Assembly (NCBI GenBank): GCA_964427455.1
Contig: CAYRUY010000002.1
Coordinates: 3,474-67,473 of the forward strand
Direction of reading: 5' to 3'
From: an uncultured Candidatus Bathyarchaeia archaeon
GTDB taxonomy: Archaea; Thermoproteota; CALKCG01; B24; JAWCPE01
Length of the DNA stretch: 64,000 nt
The position numbers and the translations under genes are program-made. Positions within the stretch are counted from its first letter, which is position 1. Each line of letters begins with the position of its first letter. This document shows, piece by piece, positions 1 through 9,682 of this stretch. Under the pieces are notes generated by a model, which was not told where the DNA came from, made no database searches, and was given only the letters and a program-made list of their open reading frames with translations.

Positions 1-471
1 ACTTCCCTGAACAAGGACAACATCGACCAAGGCATCATCCCTGGGTTTTTGGAGCAGAAAGTGAGCCTCCCCGACGAGAACTTCTAAGATCTCGGGGTAC
101 GCCAGCCCAGCTTCGACCTCCCGATGATAATGTCCCGCGGTCTTGACGGGCTCTTCGCCTAGCCTAGCCGGGGGAATGACGGTGATGTCAAAGCGAACCT
201 TCCAGCTCTCGAAGAGGGCTGCGTCTTGGGGCCTAGCTAGGCCTCTGTACATGAAGTATAGAGGTATCTCGTTGTCGACATGGCCATACAACATAGCCCT
301 GTAATACAGATAGCTCTGCTCGTCGGCATGCAGCTCATAGTGGGGATCCATGGCAAAAAGGGCTAACTCGCTTCCTAACCGTACGGATGGGTTCAGCCTT
401 CGCCCTTCCAAGAGTAGGCTCACGGGCTTAGGCGTGAATTCAAGTTTGAGTGGTGTCGTGTTAAGTATCAT
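1..471 (-). CDS. Cupin-type glucose-6-phosphate isomerase family protein; 3' end runs off the window
   Basis: Absent from the ORF track because it has no stop in the window. My translation from ATG 471 is open to base 1 and contains RFDITVIPP...VKTAGHYH...YPEILEVLVGEAHFLLQK, the cupin PGI signature. Confidence 0.85.
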   Translation of the reverse strand, partial: MILNTTPLKLEFTPKPVSLLLEGRRLNPSVRLGSELALFAMDPHYELHADEQSYLYYRAMLYGHVDNEIPLYFMYRGLARPQDAALFESWKVRFDITVIPPARLGEEPVKTAGHYHREVEAGLAYPEILEVLVGEAHFLLQKPRDDALVDVVLVQGS

Positions 472-947
472 CTTCCTATACTAATTGCTTTGGTTGATTA
501 AAGCCTTTGGCCTTCTCCTCGTGGAGGCAGGACGACCAGATGGTGACGGGCACGGAGACACACGGGTATGCTACTCGGGCAGCGGGGCACCAGCCGCGTC
601 CCAGGAGGGGCGACGCATACCTTGGGCGACCATCCTATCGCCGACGAACTGCGTAACTTGAGAGTGGGCGGCACATCGTTGGAGCACACGTATGCACCTC
701 AGCAGCGGGCGATGCTTCACCTCCCGCGAGCATCTGCCGTTGTAGTTGTCCACGGGCGCTATCGGTGAGTCACTTTCGTGAAGCTTGGCCTAGGCTGAAT
801 CTGACCTGAACACACTTCTGCCGGGAGCAGACATGCAGGCATACGATCAATCACCTGTTCGGATGGAATATGTTTAAACGGCTCGTGAAAGAGAAGAGGC
901 AAAGTGGCGGTTGAAGGCCCAGATGGAGAGCGAGTTCTAATGTCCTT

Positions 948-2024
948 TCAGCCGAGAAAGCCGAAAAAGAAGGAGAAGAGAAGAGGGATGCGTGCGAGAT
1001 CAGGCCATAAAAGAAGAGCGAGAGAAAGAAGGGCCAGACAACAAGCGAGAAAAGATGTGGGCTTGACGAGCACCTTTACCGCCAAGTCGGCCTGAAGAGC
1101 TGTCTCGAAGGCTTCCTTAGCCTGAGCCAAAGGATACTCATGCGTTACCAAAGGCGTCAGCGTAACCCTTCGCTCCTTTACGAGCTCCACGGCATCTTCG
1201 AAGAACCGGTCATCCCCACCTGAGCCTACGACGGTCAACTGCTTACCTACGATGGGCTCAGGGTCGATGCCAGCTTGGCGACCGTAATGCGCGATCAGGT
1301 TCACCTTGCCCCCGGCGCGGACCAGCCTGAGCGCCTCCCGTGTGGTGACAGAGGCGCCTGCGCACTCGAAGACAAGGTCCGGGCCTTGGCCACCGGCGAG
1401 GCGGCGCACGCTTCTTTCCACGCCCTTCTCGCGGGCATCTACGATCGTCCCGCCCAGCTTCTCCGCTGTCTGAAGCCTCTTCGGCGATTGCTCTACCACA
1501 ATAGCGCGGTGAACGCCTCTGGCGACGCAGGCCTGCAGCATGCAGAGCCCGATCGCCCCAGCTCCGAAGATAAGGACCGTATCCTTCGGCGCGGGGCTCA
1601 GCTGAGATACGCCTGTCAGAGCAACCCTGAGGGGCTCCAACAGAGCGGCCTCCTCGTAGCTCATCCACGAGGGAACTTTCTTCGCGTTCCGGTCGGCGTT
1701 CTCGATCTTCATGTACTCCGAGAAGGCCCCAGGGTTGCGAAGCCAGTTTGCCCCTAACGTTACACGGTCGCCAGTCTTCAGGCTTGAAACCTTCGCGCCA
1801 ACCTCAACCACGCCGCCGGCGTACTCGTGGCCTGAATTCAACGGGTACTTGAACCGTCGACCATACTTGCTACCTACGTATCGGTGCAGGTCAGAGCCGC
1901 AAATGCCGCACGCCCTGACCCGAACCAAGGCATCCTTGGGCCCCAACCTCGGATACTCGACCTTCTCAACTCTAAGGTCATAAGGCCCATAGATGAATGC
2001 CGTCAGCATCTCTCTCAGTTCCAT
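948..2024 (-). CDS. Zinc-dependent alcohol/polyol dehydrogenase (MDR family)
   Basis: GICGSD and GHE catalytic Zn motifs, GAGAIG Rossmann motif. The structural-Zn cysteine lobe is missing, and a ~35 aa hydrophobic tail follows the usual KVLVKP end. Confidence 0.9.
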   Translation of the reverse strand: MELREMLTAFIYGPYDLRVEKVEYPRLGPKDALVRVRACGICGSDLHRYVGSKYGRRFKYPLNSGHEYAGGVVEVGAKVSSLKTGDRVTLGANWLRNPGAFSEYMKIENADRNAKKVPSWMSYEEAALLEPLRVALTGVSQLSPAPKDTVLIFGAGAIGLCMLQACVARGVHRAIVVEQSPKRLQTAEKLGGTIVDAREKGVERSVRRLAGGQGPDLVFECAGASVTTREALRLVRAGGKVNLIAHYGRQAGIDPEPIVGKQLTVVGSGGDDRFFEDAVELVKERRVTLTPLVTHEYPLAQAKEAFETALQADLAVKVLVKPTSFLACCLALLSLALLLWPDLARIPLLFSFFFGFLG

Positions 2025-2444
2025 CGGTCTTGGCGTGTAGCAGCAAGAGAAAGGCCTTGCTGTCCGCAGTCAGGGACCTAGCGTGGAACTGTGGCATACG
2101 AGGCGCGCCGCAGCGGTCCACATGGCCCGGTTCCTCTCTTTCCGCTAGCCTCCGTGTGCGGCGGTGAGTCCCGACGCGCGCCGGCTTGCGAAGTAGCCGC
2201 GGGGGCTTCAAGGTCTGATCCCTGCACTTGGCAGACGAGCTCACGCTACACATTTTCATCTAACAGTGGCTGATCGACCTAACAGGGTTCCTGACTGTTA
2301 GCGCGTCGGTGACTACCGGGTCCTTGTAGACCGACATTCACCTCCATGCGATGCCCTCCGCACCATACAGAGCATAGGTCTGCGCGTGAGCTAAGACTAA
2401 TATATGAGTTCTCCCGTCACATGAGTTCATCTCATAGGTGATGC

Positions 2445-2855
2445 ATGTTGCCATTTCCCCATGGGCTGCTGTCCCCCGAGCTCGGTCGGAAATACGTGAA
2501 GAGATTCATGGACATCGTCGTCTTGGCGATGTTGAAGCAGACGCCGATGCATGGATACGACCTGATAGCTGCCATTCATGATCGCTTCCACATCTTGGTC
2601 GGGCCGGGCGCACTATACCCAGTGCTTCACTCCTTGGAGAAAGAAGGCCTGATAACGGGGCGACTGAGCGGAAGCCGGAAAAGGACGGTCTACAACCTCA
2701 CGCAACACGGGAATACGGTCCTAGATAGACAGCTCAGGGACCTTGTAAAGGTGCAAGACCTCTATTCGCGTGTTCTTCAAAGCATGGCCATGGAAAGGCT
2801 CTCGTTCAGCCCACTCTCGGCCGAGGAGGATAGGCTGGGCATAGCTGGCAGCTGA
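2445..2855 (+). CDS. PadR-family transcriptional regulator
   Basis: MHGYDLI...GPGALYPVLHSLEKEGLI...RKRTVYNLTQHG winged-helix pattern; GGTGAT ribosome-binding motif upstream. Confidence 0.9.
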   Translation: MLPFPHGLLSPELGRKYVKRFMDIVVLAMLKQTPMHGYDLIAAIHDRFHILVGPGALYPVLHSLEKEGLITGRLSGSRKRTVYNLTQHGNTVLDRQLRDLVKVQDLYSRVLQSMAMERLSFSPLSAEEDRLGIAGS

Positions 2856-3034
2856 GACATTCACGAGTGCAAGAGAGACCGTGACATAGCGCTTTCTCCG
2901 TCATCAACTGCCGCATCCCGCCCGGCCTCACCCTTGCGAACAGACGGTCCGCTGTGCCAAGGGCTGCCTAAGTGTTGACGTTCCATAGGTTTTTATCCGC
3001 CCCAGGCCGCCGTATCGGGGAAAGGCTCAGCAAC

Positions 3035-5902
3035 ATGGCGAGAAGGCGCGGCGTGTTTGACCTCTTCTCGAAGCCTGTTCGAGCGATCGTTGACGAACGA
3101 GGTTTCCCAAGCCCCACGGGACCTCAAGTAGCTGCGATCCCGAAGATCCTGAACGGCATGAACGTCCTCCTGATAGCCCCGACGGGGACAGGTAAGACGG
3201 AGGCGGCGTTCCTGCCTATCTTGGACCTATACATCAAGGAGCCCGTCAAGCCTCTCGGAATTAAGATACTGTATATCACTCCTCTGCGAGCCTTGAATAG
3301 GGACCTGCTCGGCCGACTCGAATGGTGGTGTCAACGCCTCGACATCAAAGTCAGCGTAAGGCACGGGGACACAGACGTGAGGGAGCGGACCGCCCAGTCA
3401 CGCAGCCCGCCCGACCTGCTTATCACAACCCCGGAGACTCTCCAAGCTATAATCCCTGGCAGAGTCATGCGGAGGCATCTGAGAGCCGTCAAGTGGGTTA
3501 TCATCGACGAGTGTCATGAACTGGCTGAGGATAAGAGGGGCAGTCAGCTTTCTCTCGCGCTCGAGAGACTACGATGGATAACAGGTCGAGACTTCCAAGT
3601 CGTAGGGCTGTCAGCCACCATCGGAAGCCCTCAAGAGGTCGCGCAGTTCATCGTCGGAAACAATAGGACAGTCGATGTGGTCAGGGTTCCCGTCGCGCGC
3701 GGCATGGACCTGTCGATCGTATACCCTGAACCCATAGCAGCTGATTATGAGTTAGCGGAGAGGCTTTACACACATCCGGAGGTTGCAGCCAGGCTTAGAG
3801 TCATGAGAGAGGTGATCGAGAAACACCAGTCTGTGTTGCTGTTCACGAACACCCGGCCCGCAGCTGAGGTCTTGGCAAGCAGGCTCAGGATCTGGGATGC
3901 AGAGTTCCCAGTGAGCATACACCATGGCTCGCTGGCTAAACCCGCCAGGGTCTCGGCTGAAAGGGGACTCAAGACCGGAGAATTGAGAGGCCTGATCTGT
4001 ACGAGTTCCCTAGAGCTAGGTATAGATGTTGGCAGGATCGACCTCTGCATCCAGTACATGAGCCCGCGACAGGTAACCAGGCTCTTGCAGAGAGTTGGGA
4101 GGAGCGGCCATCAGATTGGGAGGATCGCGAAAGGCGTGATCGTCACGATGGATCCAGACGACACACTAGAGGCGATGGTGATTGCGCGCAGAGCCAAACG
4201 GGAGCGCCTAGAGCCAGTCACAATACCCGTTCGGCCGTATGATGCGTTGAACCACCAGCTCGTCGGGCTACTCGTCCAGAAGAGCCGCTGGTACTTCGAT
4301 GAGATCCTTGACGTCTATGGGAAAGCCTACCCCTACCGTGGCATGGACAAGGAGGACCTGACAAAGGTCCTGACATATATGTACACAAGGTACCCGAGGC
4401 TGGCTTGGGTCTCGTTCCAAGACGAGGTGATGCTCAGGCCAGCCAGGATCAAGCCCCTCTACGAGTACTACTTTGACAAGCTCTCAATGATCCCTGACGA
4501 GAAACAGTACCTTGTCATAGACGAGACGGATGATTCCCCGGTAGGCATCCTAGATGAGGCCTTCGTCGCCGAGTACGGTGAACCCGGGACGAAGTTCATC
4601 GTCCGCGGCAGCCCGTGGAAGATGCTGAGCATCGTTGGGGACAAGATATACGTGCGACCGATCACGGACCCGACAGGCGCCATCCCGAGCTGGGTAGGCG
4701 AAGAGATCCCGGTGCCTCTCGACGTTGCGATGGAGGTTGGCTCAATCCGAAGGTCCGTGGCCGCAGGCATCGCCAGAGGTGTAGAGCCTAAAGTCTTGGC
4801 TCAGAGGATCTGCAGCAAGTACCCTGTCGACGAAGATACGGCGCTAAGAGCCATAAAGGATGTCGTAGACCAAGCGGAGCAGAAGCTGCCCGTCCCCTCG
4901 GACCGGCTGATCACCGTTGAAGAATGGGAGGAGTACATCATCGTTCAGGTTAGCTTCGGCAGCCTAGTCAACCGGACGCTCGCTAGGCTTCTGGGCCATC
5001 TGCTCTCCGAGAGGACGGGCCACACGGTGGGCGTCCAGCAAGACGCCTACAGAATCATCCTTCAGGTCGCCGAGGTAGCCAAAGCGAAGGATGCGGCCGA
5101 CATCTTGGAGGAGCTTCCTAACCACGATGTTGCGAAGGTTGCCATCCAGGCAGCCGAGAAGACAGGGCTCTTCAAGAGAAGGATGGTCCATGTCGCCCGC
5201 CGGTTTGGAGCCCTCTCGAGAAGAGCCGACTTCAGCAAGGTCAGCCTAGACCGGCTTGAGAGGAGCTTCGAGGGGACGGTGATCCACGAAGAGGCGGTGA
5301 AGGAGACATCGGAGAAGGACATGGACATAGCGAACACCCTCAAGGTGCTGGAGGCCATGAGGAAGGGCAAGGTCCGAGTTGTGGTCCTCAGCGGCCGAGC
5401 TGGCGTCACACCTGTTGCACGAGTCGGGCTGGAGAGGATCAGTCGGAGATCCGACCTGATACCGGCGGAGAAGATGAGGCATGTGCTCATTCAGTCGGCG
5501 AAGGCCAGAATCCTGAGCGACTATCGAACGTTCCTCTGCGTGGAATGCTTCAAGCACGCCAAGACCATCAGGCTGAAGGACCTCCCCGAGAGGCCTACAT
5601 GCCCCGTTTGCGGAGGAAACGCGCTGGCCGTCCTGAACAGGACAGAGGAGCAGGTCTGGCGGCTCGTCGAGAAGCACGGGAGGAACCTTTCAAGACTCGA
5701 ATTGCGGACGGAGGAGGATGCAAAGGCCTCCTCTGAGCTCGTCAAGAAGTATGGCTCACCCGCAGCCTACGCTCTGGCCGGCAGAAGGCTAGGCGCTTCA
5801 GAGGCAGCGGAGATCCTCGGGAAGGGCTCTGAGGTAAACGATAGGTTCTTCGAGCATATCGTAGACGCAGAGAGGCGAGCGACGAGCAAGAGATTCTGGT
5901 AA
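3035..5902 (+). CDS. lhr: Lhr-like SF2 helicase with C-terminal Zn ribbon (paralog 1)
   Basis: APTGTGKT, DECH, SAT, TSSLELGIDVG, QRVGRSGH, SMIPD and C-terminal CxxC..CxxC. ORF is open from 2972; ATG 3035 taken as likely start. Confidence 0.9.
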   Translation: MARRRGVFDLFSKPVRAIVDERGFPSPTGPQVAAIPKILNGMNVLLIAPTGTGKTEAAFLPILDLYIKEPVKPLGIKILYITPLRALNRDLLGRLEWWCQRLDIKVSVRHGDTDVRERTAQSRSPPDLLITTPETLQAIIPGRVMRRHLRAVKWVIIDECHELAEDKRGSQLSLALERLRWITGRDFQVVGLSATIGSPQEVAQFIVGNNRTVDVVRVPVARGMDLSIVYPEPIAADYELAERLYTHPEVAARLRVMREVIEKHQSVLLFTNTRPAAEVLASRLRIWDAEFPVSIHHGSLAKPARVSAERGLKTGELRGLICTSSLELGIDVGRIDLCIQYMSPRQVTRLLQRVGRSGHQIGRIAKGVIVTMDPDDTLEAMVIARRAKRERLEPVTIPVRPYDALNHQLVGLLVQKSRWYFDEILDVYGKAYPYRGMDKEDLTKVLTYMYTRYPRLAWVSFQDEVMLRPARIKPLYEYYFDKLSMIPDEKQYLVIDETDDSPVGILDEAFVAEYGEPGTKFIVRGSPWKMLSIVGDKIYVRPITDPTGAIPSWVGEEIPVPLDVAMEVGSIRRSVAAGIARGVEPKVLAQRICSKYPVDEDTALRAIKDVVDQAEQKLPVPSDRLITVEEWEEYIIVQVSFGSLVNRTLARLLGHLLSERTGHTVGVQQDAYRIILQVAEVAKAKDAADILEELPNHDVAKVAIQAAEKTGLFKRRMVHVARRFGALSRRADFSKVSLDRLERSFEGTVIHEEAVKETSEKDMDIANTLKVLEAMRKGKVRVVVLSGRAGVTPVARVGLERISRRSDLIPAEKMRHVLIQSAKARILSDYRTFLCVECFKHAKTIRLKDLPERPTCPVCGGNALAVLNRTEEQVWRLVEKHGRNLSRLELRTEEDAKASSELVKKYGSPAAYALAGRRLGASEAAEILGKGSEVNDRFFEHIVDAERRATSKRFW

Positions 5903-5931
5903 CCCGCGAGCGGGTTACGTCAAGCAGCATC

Positions 5932-6771
5932 TCATCCGAGCTGAAGCCCGACTGCTCGGCAGGCGCCGACAACCCTTCTGTAGGCCATCCTAGCAGCCTC
6001 GGCGGCGTCGTAGCCTGGCAAGCGGCTACGCATCACCGAGATCTCGGCAGTGACAAACCCATTATAGCCTGTGCCCGCCAGCGCTGATAGGAACTCCTCG
6101 AACGGGAAATCCCCCTCGCCAGGGATGAGGAATCTGAAGTCGGGGAACGATCCCCGAGTATCCTTGACATGCGAATGCGCAATCAACCTGCCAAGTCTTC
6201 GAGCAATAGCTGTCACATCCCAACCGCGGATTGAGAAATGGCTTGCGTCAAGGTTCACAGCTAGGTACTCCGAGGAGACCTCTGCGAGAAGGCGCTCCAA
6301 AGCCTCAGGAGAGTCGACCGGCATCCCGACGTGCGCTTCGAACGCGATCCGCACATCCCTCTCAGCGGCGTGAGCGGCCACCTCTGAGATCGACCGTATC
6401 AAGATTGGCCATGCCTTCTCCCCCGGCATCTGCTCCGGGACCGCACCGGAGAACGTGTCGACGACTCGAACACCGAGGTCTGAGGCTACATCAACAGTCT
6501 TCATGGCTCGCGCCACGGATTCTCTTCGAGATGCCTCGTCTGGCTTGATGTATGACGCGTCGCAGCCGAGGGCGGAAATCTCGAGGCCGGCGGCCTCGGT
6601 TGCCTCACGAATCCGCGCCCAGTCCCGGTGGTCTAGCTTCACTATGTTTGTCGCGTATCCGTTCCAAGCGTTGATCTCGAGCCCCCGGTAGCCTGCCGCG
6701 CTGACAACCCCGATAACCTCGCTTATCGCTGTCTTGTAAGGAAACGAGAAGGACGCGAATCCGAGCTTCAA
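5932..6771 (-). CDS. Sugar phosphate isomerase/epimerase (xylose isomerase-like TIM barrel)
   Basis: IAFEAH, NLDASHF, HSHVKD, PGEGDFPF, GFVTAEI metal motifs. The family-like N-terminus starts at TTG 6771 (MKLGFAS); the longer ORF-track start belongs to another gene remnant. Confidence 0.85.
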   Translation of the reverse strand: MKLGFASFSFPYKTAISEVIGVVSAAGYRGLEINAWNGYATNIVKLDHRDWARIREATEAAGLEISALGCDASYIKPDEASRRESVARAMKTVDVASDLGVRVVDTFSGAVPEQMPGEKAWPILIRSISEVAAHAAERDVRIAFEAHVGMPVDSPEALERLLAEVSSEYLAVNLDASHFSIRGWDVTAIARRLGRLIAHSHVKDTRGSFPDFRFLIPGEGDFPFEEFLSALAGTGYNGFVTAEISVMRSRLPGYDAAEAARMAYRRVVGACRAVGLQLG

Positions 6772-6851
6772 TGGACACACCGCTGTGAGGATCAGTGTGA
6801 GGACTGGAATAAGTGAGTTGATGAGGGGAACAAGCTTTCCTCTTAAACCCG

Positions 6852-7164
6852 GCACCGCATGCGACAAGCTCTTCCATATGCATGACTGTGGCTGGGGTCC
6901 AATGTCGGGACTGAAGAGGGTTATCTTTCGTCCTGCCAGCTCGCCGTTATAGAGTGGTCGTGACTCCCCGTACAACCAGAGCTGAGAAAGCCTTGCGCCA
7001 ATGGCTTTCACAAGCTCCATGAACGTTTGAGGCGGAAACACCAAGAGGACTATCTCACCGACCCCGATATGCTCTACTCTCTTACCACGCCTCGTAGTGA
7101 ATGAACCTATGAGATCGGAGGGGGTAAGCTGTGGCTTCCCCACACCCATTCTTACAACGCTCAA
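6852..7164 (-). pseudogene. Truncated, frameshifted nucleoside (uridine/purine) phosphorylase
   Basis: LYNGELAGRKITLFSPDIG continues after a 1-nt shift near 6895 as PATVMHMEELVACGA (GxGxP...EEL..CGA motif). Similarity then ends at a TTTAAG box. Confidence 0.6.
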
Positions 7165-7228
7165 GTCCCGGCCAGACTTAAGGAACGACGGATATAAGGC
7201 TCAGAAAGTAGTGGGCTTTTTCTGCGAG

Positions 7229-8347
7229 ATGATGTCCAGTTGTATGCGCATGCAACCTCGCGTGCAACAGAGAACGAGCATACCCGACCTCCATGGAAGA
7301 GACGAGGGCGAGGATTCTGCTAGCTGCGCAGACTTCGCCTGGAATACCATAGTCATCCGACTCAGCGGAGAGATCGGGATCAAGAGCCGTCCCGTCAGAT
7401 CGAGGCTCGAGCGGACGGTCACGGTGCACATCAGGAGGGCGCTCGAGCGTCGAAAGATCCCTTTCGACGCGATCCTTCGCGGCCCGGGCAGAGTGTACGC
7501 TAAGCTACGGTATCGCAGCGCCGCAGGCCATGCTTTGGGAATGGTCTTCGGCATCTCATCCTTCTCGCCTGCGCTCGCGACCCCCTCAGACCTTGACGAC
7601 ATCACGTCTGCTTCCCTTCAGGCTGCACGGAGCGCGCTCACTAAAGGGTCTGCTTTCGCCGTCTCATGCAGGCGGACGGGGAAGCACAACTACTCGAGCG
7701 CTGATGTTCAGGCGAAGGTCGGCCAAGCGATACTGACGAGCTTCAACGAGATGGCCGTAAGGGTCGACCTCTCCAGACCCGAAGTGACGGTGGGCATAGA
7801 GGTCGTGAATGAGAGAGCGTACGTTTTTACCAAGACACTTCCAGGAGCAGGTGGGATGCCGTATGGCTCGCAGGGAAAGATGGTCGCCATCTTAGATGGC
7901 TCGGTGAGGTCCGTTGTGGCATCATGGCTCATCATGAGGAGGGGGTCGCCCATCGTGCCTTTGCTCGTCAGTTCGGCCCCCGATCGAACCCAGCCGCCCA
8001 GGGAGGTGCTTCGCCAACTCGTCACGCTGGCGGACTGGTCTCCGTTGCCCGGCGCTAAGTGCTATGCTCTGTGGAGAGAAGAACCGCTTGTAGCGTCCAA
8101 CGAGGGAAGACCTGCGAATGAGCGAGTATTGCCTTGGGCGTTCATCTACGCTGATGCTCTCTCGGAGTTCGAGGGCGCAGAGGGCATCGTGGTCGACGAA
8201 AGGTTTGGGCTCGGACTCTGCGGTTCAGGCGTTCAGGCTCAGCCCCTACGAGCGTATCGTTGCGCGCGCCCTGTCTACATGCCGCTGATCGGCTTCGGTG
8301 ACCAAGAGGTCGAGCGCCTGGCTGAGAAGATCGGCCTTGCAACATGA
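7229..8347 (+). CDS. THUMP-domain ThiI-like protein with degenerate PP-loop
   Basis: IVIRLSGEIGIKSR N-terminus, THUMP (FAVSCRRTGKH..S...VDLSRPEVTVGIEV), GAGGMPYGSQGK. PP-loop reads LDGSVRS instead of LSGGIDS. Start uncertain (ORF open from 7097). Confidence 0.8.
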   Translation: MMSSCMRMQPRVQQRTSIPDLHGRDEGEDSASCADFAWNTIVIRLSGEIGIKSRPVRSRLERTVTVHIRRALERRKIPFDAILRGPGRVYAKLRYRSAAGHALGMVFGISSFSPALATPSDLDDITSASLQAARSALTKGSAFAVSCRRTGKHNYSSADVQAKVGQAILTSFNEMAVRVDLSRPEVTVGIEVVNERAYVFTKTLPGAGGMPYGSQGKMVAILDGSVRSVVASWLIMRRGSPIVPLLVSSAPDRTQPPREVLRQLVTLADWSPLPGAKCYALWREEPLVASNEGRPANERVLPWAFIYADALSEFEGAEGIVVDERFGLGLCGSGVQAQPLRAYRCARPVYMPLIGFGDQEVERLAEKIGLAT

Positions 8348-8430
8348 TGGGTGGTCATCGAGGGTAACGGCTCCCGACAAGACATATAACGCTGTGATGA
8401 GGTATTCCTCCGCTCCGGGAGCCGAGGTCC

Positions 8431-9639
8431 CTGTTTAACACTGACGCGGTTCGACGTGACTTCCCCATACTCGAATCTGGCCTAGTCTATCTGGACAACG
8501 CTGCTTCAAGCCTGACGCCTGAGCCGGTCCTCGAGAGGATGGCCGAGTTCTATCACAGCTACAGAGCGAACGTAGAGAGGGGAGTCCACAGGTTGTCGCA
8601 GAGAGCCACTGAGGAGTACGAGCATGCTCGCCTCGTAGCTGCCACGTTCATAAACGCTCCAGCTGACTCTAAGGTGGTCTTCACCAAGAACACGACGGAG
8701 AGCATCAATACCGTCGCAAACGGTCTTCCCTGGGGGAAAGGCGACCGCATCGTGACAACGTTGCTGGAGCATCACTCGAACTACATCCCTTGGCTGAGAC
8801 TGAGGGAGAGATACGGCGTCGAAGTCGACGTGGTTAAGCCTAGCGCCGACGGCATCCTTGACGAGTCCCCCTTCCAAGACGCTATCAGACCTGGCACTAA
8901 GCTGGTAGCCGTGACGCACGTGTCAAACGTGCTGGGGGTAACACTGCCCGTCGAGAAGATCGCCAGGATAGCCCATGAGAACGGGGCCTTCATCCTCGTC
9001 GACGGCGCCCAGTCCGTGCCTAGACACAAGACTGATGTACAGAGGCTGGGGTGCGACTACCTCGCCTTCTCAGGACATAAGATGCTTGGGCCTACCGGAA
9101 TCGGCGTGCTGTACATAGCGCCGTCCGCGCGCGACCGCCTCGAGCCACTGTGCGTAGGCGGCGGCTCGATAGAGGACGTGACTGTGAGCAGTTATCGTCT
9201 CGCAAGAGGAGCAGAGGGCTTTGAGGCGGGAACCCCTCCGGTAGCTGAGGCGATAGGCCTAGCAGCGGCCATAGACTATCTCGAAGGTCTGGGGTTGCCC
9301 GAGGTCGAGGCTCATGAGCGAGAACTGACCGAGAGGCTTCAGGCGGGGTTGTCCGAGGTGGAGGGAGTTGAGGTCTATGGCCCTCGAGACCCGAGGAAGA
9401 GGGTAGGGATCGTTCCTTTCAACGTCGCGAGGCTCAATCCCCACGATGTCGCTCTGGCTCTTGATGTAGCGGCGAACATCATGGTCAGGTCAGGGCTTCA
9501 CTGCGCGATGCCCCTTATGAGGCAGCTCCTTGGAAAGCCTCAAGGCTCCGTACGGGCCTCGCTCTACCTCTACAATACTTCAGACGAGGTGGACAAACTG
9601 ATCGCGACCGTCTCAGACCTAGCTCGATCCCTTGCGTGA
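8431..9639 (+). CDS. sufS: Cysteine desulfurase, SufS-like (class V PLP enzyme)
   Basis: RRDFPIL..YLDNAA, FTKNTTESIN, DGAQS, FSGHKMLGPTGIG, RSGLHCA. The conserved N-terminus lies upstream of the first ATG (8539); CTG 8431 proposed as start. Confidence 0.9.
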   Translation: MFNTDAVRRDFPILESGLVYLDNAASSLTPEPVLERMAEFYHSYRANVERGVHRLSQRATEEYEHARLVAATFINAPADSKVVFTKNTTESINTVANGLPWGKGDRIVTTLLEHHSNYIPWLRLRERYGVEVDVVKPSADGILDESPFQDAIRPGTKLVAVTHVSNVLGVTLPVEKIARIAHENGAFILVDGAQSVPRHKTDVQRLGCDYLAFSGHKMLGPTGIGVLYIAPSARDRLEPLCVGGGSIEDVTVSSYRLARGAEGFEAGTPPVAEAIGLAAAIDYLEGLGLPEVEAHERELTERLQAGLSEVEGVEVYGPRDPRKRVGIVPFNVARLNPHDVALALDVAANIMVRSGLHCAMPLMRQLLGKPQGSVRASLYLYNTSDEVDKLIATVSDLARSLA

Positions 9640-9682
9640 AGTTTCGCCCTGAACTAGCGCCAGTTCCCGTCGGATATCGGAC

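Noticed and set aside
1-87. Plus-strand CDS tail ending at TAA 87
   Set aside because: The opposite strand carries clear cupin PGI motifs across the same bases.
5932-7164. 410-aa phosphorylase-isomerase fusion protein
   Set aside because: The join is produced by a frameshift in a truncated remnant; the isomerase has its own start and TATA-like box.
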